A DNA stretch of 64,000 nucleotides from Candidatus Omnitrophota bacterium (GCA_015233115.1 JADFYJ010000001.1:3084-67083); one strand, 5' to 3'. Positions 48,190-57,544 are shown, counted from the first letter of the stretch. Notes: a model not told the origin generated them from the sequence alone. Numbers and translations: made by a program.

Positions 48190-49069
48190 GGGACCTAAAA
48201 CTCCACAAAAATGTGAGTCATGCGCGCGGAATACTATTTTAGCCGGTCTTTTAGCAAATTTTTTTCTTGCGGCTTTTAAGCTTTTTGTTGGTTTTTTGGG
48301 ACGCAGCCGCGCTTTGATCGGAAGCGGTTTATGCAACTTGAGCGATGTGGGTTCGTCGTTTGTGGTTATCATTGGTATCAAATTTTCCAAGAAGCCGGCA
48401 GACCATCGTTATCCATATGGATATGGTAAAGTCGAGTTTATCGCTCAAGTCGTCATGAGCGTTACCATGATTTTGGGTACAGTTGCGCTTATTTTAAGCT
48501 CGTTCATTGTCATTGCTAAACGGACGCTGGTGGTTCAGCATATGGTGGTATTTTTTGTGGCTATTTTGAGCGCCATCATTAATGCTTTGCTTTTTAAATT
48601 TTCACATTGCGGCAGTAAAGAGCTTAATAGCCCGTCGTTAAAGGCGCATGCTGAACATAACAAGATTGACGTTATTTCTTCTTTACTGGTTGCGATCGGG
48701 GTTATTGTGACCCGTAAAGGTATGCATTGGGTTGATCCAGCAATTGCTATTTTCGAGTGCGCCCATGTTTTGCATGGCAGTATGGGTATTTTAAAAGAGG
48801 GGCTTAAAGGGATTATGGATACCAATCTTCCTGACAGCTATCTGGAAAACGTAAAAAATACTGTTTTACGGGTTAAAGGGGTTAACAAAGTAAATCTGGT
48901 TAAAGGCCGCCAGTCTGGACGGCATATTGTGTTAAACATTATCATGCAATTGAACCCTGATATTACGGTTCTGGACGCTAAGAAGATTAATCAGTCAGTA
49001 AAAGCCTATTTACGCGGTGAAGATAAACATATTGGTAACATTTCAATACAGGTCGTTCCAGCAGAGTAA
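48179..49069 (+). CDS. mamM: Magnetosome CDF transporter MamM
   Basis: N-terminal CxxC, KPAD..YPYGYGKVEF, SP.L.A.A.H...D, DP..AIFE, GRQSG. Confidence 0.82.
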   Translation: MKHKGPKTPQKCESCARNTILAGLLANFFLAAFKLFVGFLGRSRALIGSGLCNLSDVGSSFVVIIGIKFSKKPADHRYPYGYGKVEFIAQVVMSVTMILGTVALILSSFIVIAKRTLVVQHMVVFFVAILSAIINALLFKFSHCGSKELNSPSLKAHAEHNKIDVISSLLVAIGVIVTRKGMHWVDPAIAIFECAHVLHGSMGILKEGLKGIMDTNLPDSYLENVKNTVLRVKGVNKVNLVKGRQSGRHIVLNIIMQLNPDITVLDAKKINQSVKAYLRGEDKHIGNISIQVVPAE

Positions 49070-49303
49070 CAAAGTAACCGAGTAACAGAGTAACAGAGAA
49101 AAAGCGGTTATAGGGATAGGCGATGATTAGAAAAGCGATTGGTTTGAAGTAAAACGATAAATAAATAAGGTGAAAATTGCTTTATTTTAATTTATAAATT
49201 GTGAAATTGAATTTATGAGATTTCTTGTTTGATAATTTTTGTCGATAGTTTTTGCTTTTTTGTTTTTTTACTCGGTTACTAGGTTACCCGGTTACTTTGT
49301 TAC
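49062..49303. repeat. Octamer-arm inverted element
   Basis: cagagtaacaaagtaaccgagtaacagagtaacagag ... actcggttactaggttacccggttactttgttact; contains the mamM stop. Confidence 0.88.
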
Positions 49304-49322
49304 TTTTAAGTTAGGATAAGCC

Positions 49323-50237
49323 ATGGAAGATAAATGTGTCAGATGCGCGAAGACGGTTCCCTGGATGGTTTTAATGGGGAATTTGACGCTGTCTATTTTT
49401 CAGATTTATATTGGATACGCGGCTAAGTCAAAAGGTTTGGTCGCTGACGGGATCCATTCTGGAACAGACGTGGTCACGACCATCATGGTTATTATCACCG
49501 TCGCGCTTTCGAGTCACAAAGATGATAAAAAATACCCTTGGGGTTTAGGAAAATCTGAATTTCTGGGTGCAGTTTTTGCTTATATTTTATTATTAGGTAT
49601 CGCATTAATGATTTTGATTGACGCGATCCATGTGATCATGAGCGGGGTGATTAATCCGCCGCACATGGCCGCTTTTTTTGCGGCTTTGGTGGCCATCATC
49701 TCGAATTATATTTTATCGTCGTATGGATTTTGCGCTGGGAAGAAAATGAATTCGCCGGCTTTAATTGCTAACGCTCAGGAAAACCGCTCTGATATGTTAT
49801 CGAGTATCGCGGTTTTAGTTGGGGTTTTTGCCGCCAACATTGGCTTTCCGATTGTCGACGCGTTAGCTGCTGTTCTGGTTGGTTTAATGATTGCCAAGTC
49901 TGCGGTGACTTTAGGCTTGCAGGCTTACAAAAATTTAATTGACGAATCTTTGCCCGGAGATAAAGAAAAAATTCTTGAGAAAGCAGTTATGCAGTATAAA
50001 GAGGTTAAGGGCGTTAATTATATTCACGTCCGCCGTGTTGGGCAAAAAGCGTGGATTGACATGGAGATTATTATTGATCACAAACGGACAGTAAAGGAAG
50101 GCCACGCGATCGCCCGAGAAATACGTCAGGCACTTATGCGGAAGTACAGTCAGATAAAAGACGTCACGATTTCTTTTACATGCAAAGAAGTTCAAGGAGT
50201 AAAAGGGATTAGAAAAGAAATAGTCATCGCGAAATAA
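49323..50237 (+). CDS. mamB: Magnetosome CDF transporter MamB
   Basis: N-terminal CxxC, LVADGIHSGTDVV, CAG...NSPALIANA.ENRSD..SS. Confidence 0.85.
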   Translation: MEDKCVRCAKTVPWMVLMGNLTLSIFQIYIGYAAKSKGLVADGIHSGTDVVTTIMVIITVALSSHKDDKKYPWGLGKSEFLGAVFAYILLLGIALMILIDAIHVIMSGVINPPHMAAFFAALVAIISNYILSSYGFCAGKKMNSPALIANAQENRSDMLSSIAVLVGVFAANIGFPIVDALAAVLVGLMIAKSAVTLGLQAYKNLIDESLPGDKEKILEKAVMQYKEVKGVNYIHVRRVGQKAWIDMEIIIDHKRTVKEGHAIAREIRQALMRKYSQIKDVTISFTCKEVQGVKGIRKEIVIAK

Positions 50238-50288
50238 AGTAGCAGAGCAAAAGCGAATGATTAAAGAATGAAAAAGCGATCAGGAAAA

Positions 50289-50408
50289 GCGCGCGGTTGG
50301 GGCGGTTTGCATTTAAACCAAATCCTTCGCTCAAACAGCAGCTCCTAAGCGGAGCTGAACTCGCTCGGGGATTCGGTTTCAACGCAAACCTTGTGTATGG
50401 GGCACGCG
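50289..50408 (+). repeat. ~118-bp dispersed structured element, copy 6
   Basis: Same family, between mamB and mamA. Confidence 0.9.
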
Positions 50409-50491
50409 ATTGAGGATGTACGTGAAGATATCGACATTTTATTACTTGGTTACTTTGTCACTATCAAAATTAATATATAAACGGAGGCAAT

Positions 50492-51373
50492 ATGGAAGAA
50501 TTTAAGAAGCATAAAAAGATCGAATCAAAAGAAAAGCAAGACGATATTTTTGAAAAAGCCGAAGAAATCGATGAGGCTGATGAAATTGAAGAAGAGGAAG
50601 AAGTCGAAGAAAATGACGACGAAGAAGTTGTAGTGAAAAAGGCTAAGAAATCCGGAAAATCTAAGAAGTCTAAAAAAGTCAATGTTAATGACACGATCAA
50701 ACATAAGATTCGATTGACAGCGCACGCCTCTCTTTCCGTCGCGGAACGAATTATCAATGGCCTTACGAATGCGTATCAAAATGTGTTTGTGCCGCCTAAA
50801 GAAACTGAATCCAGTTTTAATAAAGATCAGGGCAATAAATATTTTGATAAAGCTGAGTACGAAAAGGCGAAAGACTATTTTTTGCTTTATATCGACGATG
50901 GCCATGAGCAGGACGCGGAAATTTTGTTTATGATCGGCGTTTGTTTTAAAAATATTCAGCAGTACAAAGAAGCTATGGTGTATTTAAAAAAGGCTGAAAA
51001 AATAAATAAAGATGACGCGGATATTATTGCTGAGTTAAGCGATTGTCTTATTCAGTTAGAAAATTACGCGGAAGCGATTGGTTATCTGACTAAGGTCATC
51101 GATGTTCATTCGGATGACAGCTATCTCTATTATAATTTAGGGACGTGTTACGAAAAAACCGAACAGCTGGAAGAAGCAAAAAAGTCTTATAAGAAAGCCA
51201 TTGACCTTGACCCGCGTGAAGTTGTATATTATCAGGCTCTGGGTTTTATTTATGAGAATTCCGGCAATCATAAAGACGCCATCGCGTGTTTCAAAAAAGC
51301 CATGGATATAGAAAAAAGCACCCAAAGATCGTCGACGGGGGGGGGCACTAAAAAAGAATCACAAAAGGCTTGA
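50492..51373 (+). CDS. mamA: Magnetosome TPR scaffold MamA with acidic/basic N-terminal extension
   Basis: About 5 TPRs (YYNLG..Y...EEAK.SYKKAI.LDP); between mamB and mamQ. Confidence 0.8.
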   Translation: MEEFKKHKKIESKEKQDDIFEKAEEIDEADEIEEEEEVEENDDEEVVVKKAKKSGKSKKSKKVNVNDTIKHKIRLTAHASLSVAERIINGLTNAYQNVFVPPKETESSFNKDQGNKYFDKAEYEKAKDYFLLYIDDGHEQDAEILFMIGVCFKNIQQYKEAMVYLKKAEKINKDDADIIAELSDCLIQLENYAEAIGYLTKVIDVHSDDSYLYYNLGTCYEKTEQLEEAKKSYKKAIDLDPREVVYYQALGFIYENSGNHKDAIACFKKAMDIEKSTQRSSTGGGTKKESQKA

Positions 51374-51425
51374 ACAAGCTGACAAAAAAAGTGATACTGT
51401 GACAACGCAATAAAGATGTTTTTTG

Positions 51426-51457
51426 TGGATCCCCGATTCAAGCATTCGGGGATGACA
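51426..51457. repeat. Short palindromic element TGGATCCCCG...CGGGGATGACA
   Basis: atccccga/tcggggat inverted repeat. Confidence 0.55.
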
Positions 51458-51533
51458 TATTTAATTTTAATTTATTTTTTGTTTTTACTACATACGACAT
51501 GCTACATACTACATGCTAGTCGAAAGGTAATTT

Positions 51534-52325
51534 ATGGTTAATAGAATGTCTGCGAATTTGAAGCGGCTTTTTCCGAAAGATTTGGAAGAGCTTAAGCCGG
51601 TTAAAATACATTGGTGGAGTAAAATCGATTTTAGCAATTTACAAAAAAAAGAAGGCCAGTGGATGATCATTGCGGCTTTGATCATTATCCTTCCGGGGAT
51701 TTATTACTACAATAAATTCATCGGGCTGTCCCGCTTTACAGAAATGGAACAGCATCAGATCGAAGTCCAATTACAGAGAAGAAGAAATCTTTCTGTTAAT
51801 TTAGCAAAAATGGTGCTTGCGTACGCCGAGCATGAACGGGTGATGTATGAATACATGGCTGACAAGCGGGCCGCGACTTTGCAAAAAACTGACACTCTGC
51901 TTGATTCACTTAAAAAGAGCGGGTTGGGTGATTTGTCAAAAATAAAGCCTAGCGATATGGAAGGCGCTTTATCTAAATTTATGGCATTGGCTGAAGCTTA
52001 CCCGGACCTTAAATTAAGCACAAATTTTCAGGATTTGATGAATGCGTTAGTGATCAGCGAAAACCGCATCGCAGATAGTCGCATGGAATATAATAAAGCC
52101 GCCAGCCTTTTTCATGCCGCTGTTCGTGAAATTCCCGCGTGTGTGTACGCGTTTATTTTCGGATATCATGAGAAACAGTTTCATTACGCGTCAGTTGATA
52201 AAGATCTTGATAAACCGAATTTAATAGATTATGAAGTGCCGAAAACACCGAATGAAGTACCAGCGCAGATTGATTTACTAAAAGTAGGGACTGAAGCACC
52301 GAAAATACCGTATGTAGTGAAGTGA
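51534..52325 (+). CDS. mamQ: Magnetosome LemA-family protein MamQ
   Basis: TM-YYYNKF, QLQRRRNL..NL, AEAYPDLK, ENRIA..R.EYN; MGC context. Confidence 0.82.
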   Translation: MVNRMSANLKRLFPKDLEELKPVKIHWWSKIDFSNLQKKEGQWMIIAALIIILPGIYYYNKFIGLSRFTEMEQHQIEVQLQRRRNLSVNLAKMVLAYAEHERVMYEYMADKRAATLQKTDTLLDSLKKSGLGDLSKIKPSDMEGALSKFMALAEAYPDLKLSTNFQDLMNALVISENRIADSRMEYNKAASLFHAAVREIPACVYAFIFGYHEKQFHYASVDKDLDKPNLIDYEVPKTPNEVPAQIDLLKVGTEAPKIPYVVK

Positions 52326-52338
52326 TAAAAAATTATAA

Positions 52339-52418
52339 TGTTGGTTTTTGGTTGATGGTTTTTGGATAAAGAATAAATGTTATTTCAAAAAATAAAGAAA
52401 CTATGAACTATTAACCGT
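52339..52418. repeat. Heptamer-arm inverted element
   Basis: tgttggtttttggttgatggtttttgg ... aaactatgaactattaaccg. Confidence 0.7.
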
Positions 52419-52435
52419 GAAACTTGGAGAACCCA

Positions 52436-54238
52436 ATGGCGATAAATATCCGAAAATCTTTGCAAGAAGATAAGCTGGCACGAGTCAAAAGCTTTCCGTT
52501 TTTGGAAACAGCTATTGTCTTGGTCGTCATCGTGATTCTGACCGCGCTTTTTCTGGATACCCGCAATGCGCCGCAACCCGGAGCGCCGCGTTTCGCGCAA
52601 GCAGGGGGTACCAACGCCATTGAATTTGATATCATCACAGTTAATACGATTATCGCGAAAGATTTTAATCTGCCGACTGTTTCTGGAGTATTGGTGAACA
52701 ATGTTCCGACCGGTTCTGCCCGCCGGCTGATTGATATCCGCCGCGGAGATGTGATTTTGAAATACAATAATGTTGATGTCCAGTCCGCGAATCATTTAGC
52801 GTATTTGATGTCTCAGAATAAATCCGGCGATACCATCAGTTTTGTTGTGTCGCGAAATGGCAGAGTACTAAATATGTCTTATAAAATTCCCGCGAATGCC
52901 GGTATTGATCTTTTCGGTGAGAGCGGCAGGAATATTCTCGTGGTGCTGGTGATCGTGATTGTTACCTTTACCATGCTTTTTCTCAATCTTTTTAACCGGA
53001 CGGTATGTGTGACGTTGGGCGCGGTTTTGATGTTGGTTGCGGGTTCAGTCTTTGGTTTTTATAATCAGAGCGAAGCGTTTGATTCTATCCGCATGAGCCC
53101 GATATTTATTTTTATGGGCATGAGTATTTTTGCTATTTTTCTTGAAGATCTGCGGTTCTTTGAATATGTGGCTAAAAAGATTGTCGTGGTTTCAAAAGCT
53201 GACGCGATCAAGGTTGTTTTTTCAATGTGTATTTTTACATTTATCGCTTCGGCTTTAGTCAATAATATTTCGGTTATTTTGGTTATAGTCCCAATCACCA
53301 TTTACGTCGCACGGGGCATGAGTTTTGATCCTATTCCGGTCGTTATCGCGGAAGTTATGTCGTCGGTCATTGGTGGCAATATGACGCCGATTGGCGATTT
53401 TTCGAACATGTTAATGGCCTCCAGCGCCGGCTTGACATTCCTGAATTTTTTGGTAGTGATGGGCCCTATCTGCATTATATTTCTAGCTGTGTTTCTCTGG
53501 TATCTTTGGTATTTTGAGTTGCGGAATATGAAAAAGGTCAAATCTTTAAAGATGGAAAAAGAATTTTTGACCAAATTCGAGAATGAGCTTAAAGCTATGC
53601 ATATGGATTGGCTTAATATCAAAAAAGTCCTTCTGATTCTGGGAGGGGTTTTGGTAGCTTTTATCGTATTACCGTTTTTTAAAGTGCATCTAGCACCAAT
53701 CGCTTTAGGCGGGGGCTTCCTTTTATTAGCCATTGAAAATCATAAGGCGAAAGAAGTTTTAAAAAAGATCAGCTTGACCGATATTTTATTTTTTGTCGCG
53801 CTTTTTTTGATCGTCGGAGGTGCTTTATACGCAGGCCTTTTGAAAGTTATTTCTGATGCGTTAATTTCCATGTCTATGGGCAATAAACTTTTATATCCTA
53901 TCCTGTTAATGATCGCCACTGCTGTGTTTACTGCGCTTTTAAATTCTGGACCAGCGACCGCGTTTTTAGTCCCGATTGTTTTAGCGTCTGGTTTCGCGGA
54001 TTTTTCTGATGTGGTGTGGTGGGCTCTGAATTTGGGATCTATCGCCGGAGCATGCGCGTGTATTTCCGGAGCCAGCGCTGGTATTATTGCGCAAACCTTG
54101 GTCGAGGAGCAGGTGACTGATTTTAAAAATAAAGAAGGTTTGACTTTTAAAAGTTATAGCCGCCGGGGAATTCCGGTTGCTATTATTATTCTCGTCATTT
54201 CAAGTCTTTATTTAGCTTTATTAAGCATTATCCCCTAG
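52436..54238 (+). CDS. mamN: PDZ domain fused to MamN-like ArsB/NhaD-family transporter
   Basis: TM-PDZ (IRRGDVIL.YN) then about 11 TMs with SALVNN, GGNMTPIGDF.NM and G.IAGAC..SGASAG. Confidence 0.72.
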   Translation: MAINIRKSLQEDKLARVKSFPFLETAIVLVVIVILTALFLDTRNAPQPGAPRFAQAGGTNAIEFDIITVNTIIAKDFNLPTVSGVLVNNVPTGSARRLIDIRRGDVILKYNNVDVQSANHLAYLMSQNKSGDTISFVVSRNGRVLNMSYKIPANAGIDLFGESGRNILVVLVIVIVTFTMLFLNLFNRTVCVTLGAVLMLVAGSVFGFYNQSEAFDSIRMSPIFIFMGMSIFAIFLEDLRFFEYVAKKIVVVSKADAIKVVFSMCIFTFIASALVNNISVILVIVPITIYVARGMSFDPIPVVIAEVMSSVIGGNMTPIGDFSNMLMASSAGLTFLNFLVVMGPICIIFLAVFLWYLWYFELRNMKKVKSLKMEKEFLTKFENELKAMHMDWLNIKKVLLILGGVLVAFIVLPFFKVHLAPIALGGGFLLLAIENHKAKEVLKKISLTDILFFVALFLIVGGALYAGLLKVISDALISMSMGNKLLYPILLMIATAVFTALLNSGPATAFLVPIVLASGFADFSDVVWWALNLGSIAGACACISGASAGIIAQTLVEEQVTDFKNKEGLTFKSYSRRGIPVAIIILVISSLYLALLSIIP

Positions 54239-54247
54239 GAGGATTAG

Positions 54248-55267
54248 ATGAGCAGTGAAAGCAATGAATTTAAAGATAATTGGGTAGCTTACGCGAAAAT
54301 AGGCGGGGCTATCTTAATCATAATTATTGGGTTGATCGCGATGTTCAGTTCGTCAACACCGAAAGGGCCAGTGGCCGCACAGACGATGCAAGTCGCAGCG
54401 GTCGGCGCAGCACCAGGTGCAGTTGCAGGCACTGCGGTTGATTTGCCAGCTTGGTGGATATTGCTTTTGTCCGGTTTTGCGATTGGATGTTACGGGACTA
54501 TCGTAGGTATTGGCGGCGGGCCGATTATTCTGCCATTGTTAGTTTTCTTTTATGGGTGGGAAAATGAACTTTTAGTCGCGACCTCACTTTTTATTGTATT
54601 GTTAAATGCCGGCTCAGGCTGTGCCGGGTACGCGTCTCAAAAACGTATTGATTATAAAGGTGGTATCAAATTTACCTTGGCAGCCATGCCCGGAGCATTG
54701 ATATCGAGTTTTACGCATCATTTGGTTAACCTGACTTTTTTTAATGTTATTTTCGGTATCTTTTTGATCTTCCTGGCTGTTTATACAATTTTCAGCATTG
54801 GCAAATTAAAGAAAGATGAGACCCAGGATCCGGAATATGTGAAAGAAGCAAAAGCTTCTGGATTTCGCCGTGTTAAATTTATGGATAATTTCGGAGTTAA
54901 GTATGATTTTTACGCGAATGATGGTTTAGGTATCGCGATGAATCTTTTGCTGGGTTTTTTCTGCGGGTTTCTAGGCATTGGCGGCGGGGTGTTTCAAGTT
55001 CCGATTCTGATATTTTTGTTAAGATATCCGTCGCATATCGCGACCGCAACCAGCCACTTTGTAACTCTGTTGACTTGCGCGATCGCGCTGTTACCGCACG
55101 TATTTTTAGGTAATGTCTGTTACGCGGAAGCCATATGGATGGGCATTGGCGTTATTGTAGGCGCTCAAGCCGGAGCGCGCATAGCACCGAAGTTGAACAC
55201 GAAAATCACTTTGTATTTATTCGTGATCATTTTAGTGGTGCTGGCAATAAAATTATTCTTGGTGTAG
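54248..55267 (+). CDS. mamO: TauE/SafE family transporter (MamO-Cter)
   Basis: G..GTIVGIGGG and GFLGIGGG repeats, A.ATS; N-terminal TM + QVAA linker; MGC context. Confidence 0.7.
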   Translation: MSSESNEFKDNWVAYAKIGGAILIIIIGLIAMFSSSTPKGPVAAQTMQVAAVGAAPGAVAGTAVDLPAWWILLLSGFAIGCYGTIVGIGGGPIILPLLVFFYGWENELLVATSLFIVLLNAGSGCAGYASQKRIDYKGGIKFTLAAMPGALISSFTHHLVNLTFFNVIFGIFLIFLAVYTIFSIGKLKKDETQDPEYVKEAKASGFRRVKFMDNFGVKYDFYANDGLGIAMNLLLGFFCGFLGIGGGVFQVPILIFLLRYPSHIATATSHFVTLLTCAIALLPHVFLGNVCYAEAIWMGIGVIVGAQAGARIAPKLNTKITLYLFVIILVVLAIKLFLV

Positions 55268-55288
55268 CCAATAACAGGAGGAACAGTT

Positions 55289-55471
55289 ATGGAATCAATT
55301 TTATTTATTTTAATTGCTCTTTTAGACATTATTGCCATTGTGGATGTGCTGCGAGGTGGTTTATCGGGAGCTAAAAAAATTTTATGGATCGTTTTTATCG
55401 TCATAACTTTTGGATTAGGAATGTTTCTGTATTTTTTGTTAGGCCGTCCGGATCAGGTGCAAAATAATTAA
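55289..55471 (+). CDS. PLDc_N-type small membrane protein
   Basis: AI.DVL......KILWI..I.....G..LYF..GR. Confidence 0.75.
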   Translation: MESILFILIALLDIIAIVDVLRGGLSGAKKILWIVFIVITFGLGMFLYFLLGRPDQVQNN

Positions 55472-55475
55472 TATT

Positions 55476-55761
55476 GAGTGACCGAGTAACCGAGTAACCG
55501 AGTAACAATGTGACAGAGTAAAAGCGATTGGCAAAACCTAGCTATTTGAAGAATTATTGCAAAAAAAATGCAGGCAGCTCAGAATTTGAAAGAAGAACGG
55601 CGAAAATAAATCGCATGGCTCAATGCGGGTAAATATTTTAAGCTTTGGTTTACAGTATTTGTTAAGTTTTTTTTATTGTTATTTTTACTTTAAGTTTTTT
55701 TAATTGAAGCTTTTTCGAATTATTTTACTTTGTTACTTGGTTACTCGGTTACTCGGTTACT
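55476..55761. repeat. Octamer-arm inverted element
   Basis: gagtgaccgagtaaccgagtaaccgagtaac...aaaagcgattgg ... ttactttgttacttggttactcggttactcggttact. Confidence 0.88.
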
Positions 55762-55778
55762 TTTTCAAAGGAGTCAAG

Positions 55779-56345
55779 ATGAAGAAAGAAGTTTTTATCA
55801 GCATTTGCGGCGTGGCTTTTTTAATTATGCTTTTGGTCGCTATTTTTAATAATCGAACAGTCCAGGACGTGAGTAATGATGCTTTGCACGAAGTCACGAC
55901 CGCGGATATGTTTAAACAAAGCGCTTATACGCCTGGCGCGAATTGCCCGGTGGGAAGTCAACAGTATTACGCTAATCAAGGCGGAGCTGGACAGCAAATC
56001 GCTATGACGACGACACAAGGTCCTGCTATCGGAGCAGGGCAGGATGCGCCGGTGTTGATCAAAATTATGGGTGTTGAAGCCATACAGGTTGGCGGTGGCA
56101 AAGTCAAAATTACCGGCGTTATGGGAAGTTCATGGGCTGAAAAAGCTCAACTTAAGACGGGCGATATTTTGTTGACATTTAATACAAAAGAAATTACTAG
56201 CTTAGAACAATTCCAAACTTTGTTGACTAAAGCGCCTCCCGAAAAAGACGCCAAAATTACATATATGCGCGGCGCAAGAAAAAAGAAGGGCATAATTTTT
56301 ATAGGCGAAGGCGAAATGGAAGGCTTTACACCAATACCGAAATAA
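55779..56345 (+). CDS. TM + PDZ protein of the MGC (start at 55779)
   Basis: AAGGAG RBS, TM, QQIAM linker, S.AEKA.LKTGDILL.FN PDZ. Confidence 0.78.
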   Translation: MKKEVFISICGVAFLIMLLVAIFNNRTVQDVSNDALHEVTTADMFKQSAYTPGANCPVGSQQYYANQGGAGQQIAMTTTQGPAIGAGQDAPVLIKIMGVEAIQVGGGKVKITGVMGSSWAEKAQLKTGDILLTFNTKEITSLEQFQTLLTKAPPEKDAKITYMRGARKKKGIIFIGEGEMEGFTPIPK

Positions 56346-56451
56346 AAAATGGTGTCTGTTCTCGGCTGAGCTTTGGCGTTCGGAAGCTAGCTGGCGATCC
56401 GTTTTCATTTCGAACCAATTGTTTCAGGTCGAGATCTGACACCATTTTTTT
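56344..56451. repeat. AAAAAATGGTGTC...GACACCATTTTTT hairpin element, copy 2
   Basis: Terminal inverted repeat and internal similarity to 43313-43419. Confidence 0.8.
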
Positions 56452-56527
56452 ATTTTTAATTTTTTTTACCCTAAAATGTTGAATAAGTAGAATAAGTATA
56501 ATACGTTGAATTTATATTGGAGACATT

Positions 56528-56932
56528 ATGAAAGAATATTTTTCCACAGTTGAAGCAGCCAAGATCTGCAGTGTCACTAGATTTTCCGTAATCAATTGGG
56601 TCAAAAAAGGCATTCTAAAAAGCACGGCAACTCCCGGCGGCCATCGTCGTATTCACCGGGCTGATCTGCTGGCGTTCATAAAAACTTATAAGATTGGCCT
56701 TAATGTATTTAAATCGGAAGAATTGGTCGGCATGCAAGCGGACTTCATCCGCTGTTGGGAATTTCATCAGGCTGACAAAAAAACCGGAGCGCACAATTGT
56801 AAGTTGTGTGTGGTTTTTTTGTCTGACACGAAAAAATGTTATACCCTCCGGACGCATGTGAGCCATCAAAAAATATTCTGTAAAACCTCATGTTTGGAAT
56901 GTGGTTACTATAAAAAAATTCATATTGATTAA
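56528..56932 (+). CDS. Excisionase-type HTH + Cys-rich (CWE..C..C..CY..C..C..C) domain
   Basis: FSTVEAAKICSVTRFSVINWV..TPGGHRRI; C-terminal Cys cluster. Confidence 0.8.
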   Translation: MKEYFSTVEAAKICSVTRFSVINWVKKGILKSTATPGGHRRIHRADLLAFIKTYKIGLNVFKSEELVGMQADFIRCWEFHQADKKTGAHNCKLCVVFLSDTKKCYTLRTHVSHQKIFCKTSCLECGYYKKIHID

Positions 56933-56966
56933 TGTGTGAAATTTTTTTCAATGAAAGGTTAAATAC

Positions 56967-57533
56967 ATGAAAAACGAATCAAAAAAAGTGTCTTGTAAAT
57001 CGGGGTCTTGTTCAGATTCAATTGCTAAAAAAGTATGGCTTGTCGTAGGCGCAGTTGTTGTGTTGGCGGTTTTGTTTTGCGCTGCCATGTTTAAAACAAA
57101 AAACTTTTTGCCTCCTGGTGCCGTAGCATCAACGCGCAGTGCGCAGCAGGCAGCATATGTACCATTTTGCGGGGTACGCGGCGGTCAGCAAGCTGCTTTT
57201 CAACAAAATAACGGGATAATTCATTGCCCTCGATGCAATTTTGATTATAACGATTCAACTGCGGTTAACCGTGGTTTTTCGCGTTGTCCGCGTTGTCAGG
57301 GATATATTTCATGTAGGAATCAGAATGGCGGGGGATTTAGAAATGTTGCCTTAACGCAGCCGGTATCCGCGCCGCCAATTTTTAGGGATGCTCTCATGCC
57401 GCATGAATTTCGCGGAGTTTGTGAAAATTGCCATGTGGTTAATCCGGATATTACGATACCCATTTCATCAACACAAATGCCGCATGAATATCGTGGTGTT
57501 TGTTCTAATTGCCATACCATATTGGGCGGGTAA
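56967..57533 (+). CDS. mamT: MamT-like protein: TM + zinc ribbon + two magnetochrome domains
   Basis: CPRC..CPRC; PPIFRDALMPHEFRGVCENCH; MPHEYRGVCSNCH. Confidence 0.7.
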   Translation: MKNESKKVSCKSGSCSDSIAKKVWLVVGAVVVLAVLFCAAMFKTKNFLPPGAVASTRSAQQAAYVPFCGVRGGQQAAFQQNNGIIHCPRCNFDYNDSTAVNRGFSRCPRCQGYISCRNQNGGGFRNVALTQPVSAPPIFRDALMPHEFRGVCENCHVVNPDITIPISSTQMPHEYRGVCSNCHTILGG

Positions 57534-57544
57534 GAAAGGTAACT

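Noticed and set aside
54050-54080. SGAS as an ApbE flavinylation site in MamN
   Set aside because: It corresponds to the conserved ArsB/NhaD membrane motif (GASA), not an FMN-binding domain.
55704-55778. N-terminal extension of the PDZ gene in the ORF track
   Set aside because: It is translated octamer repeat. The real start is ATG 55779 with AAGGAG; the hemC extension at 39641 is a similar artefact.
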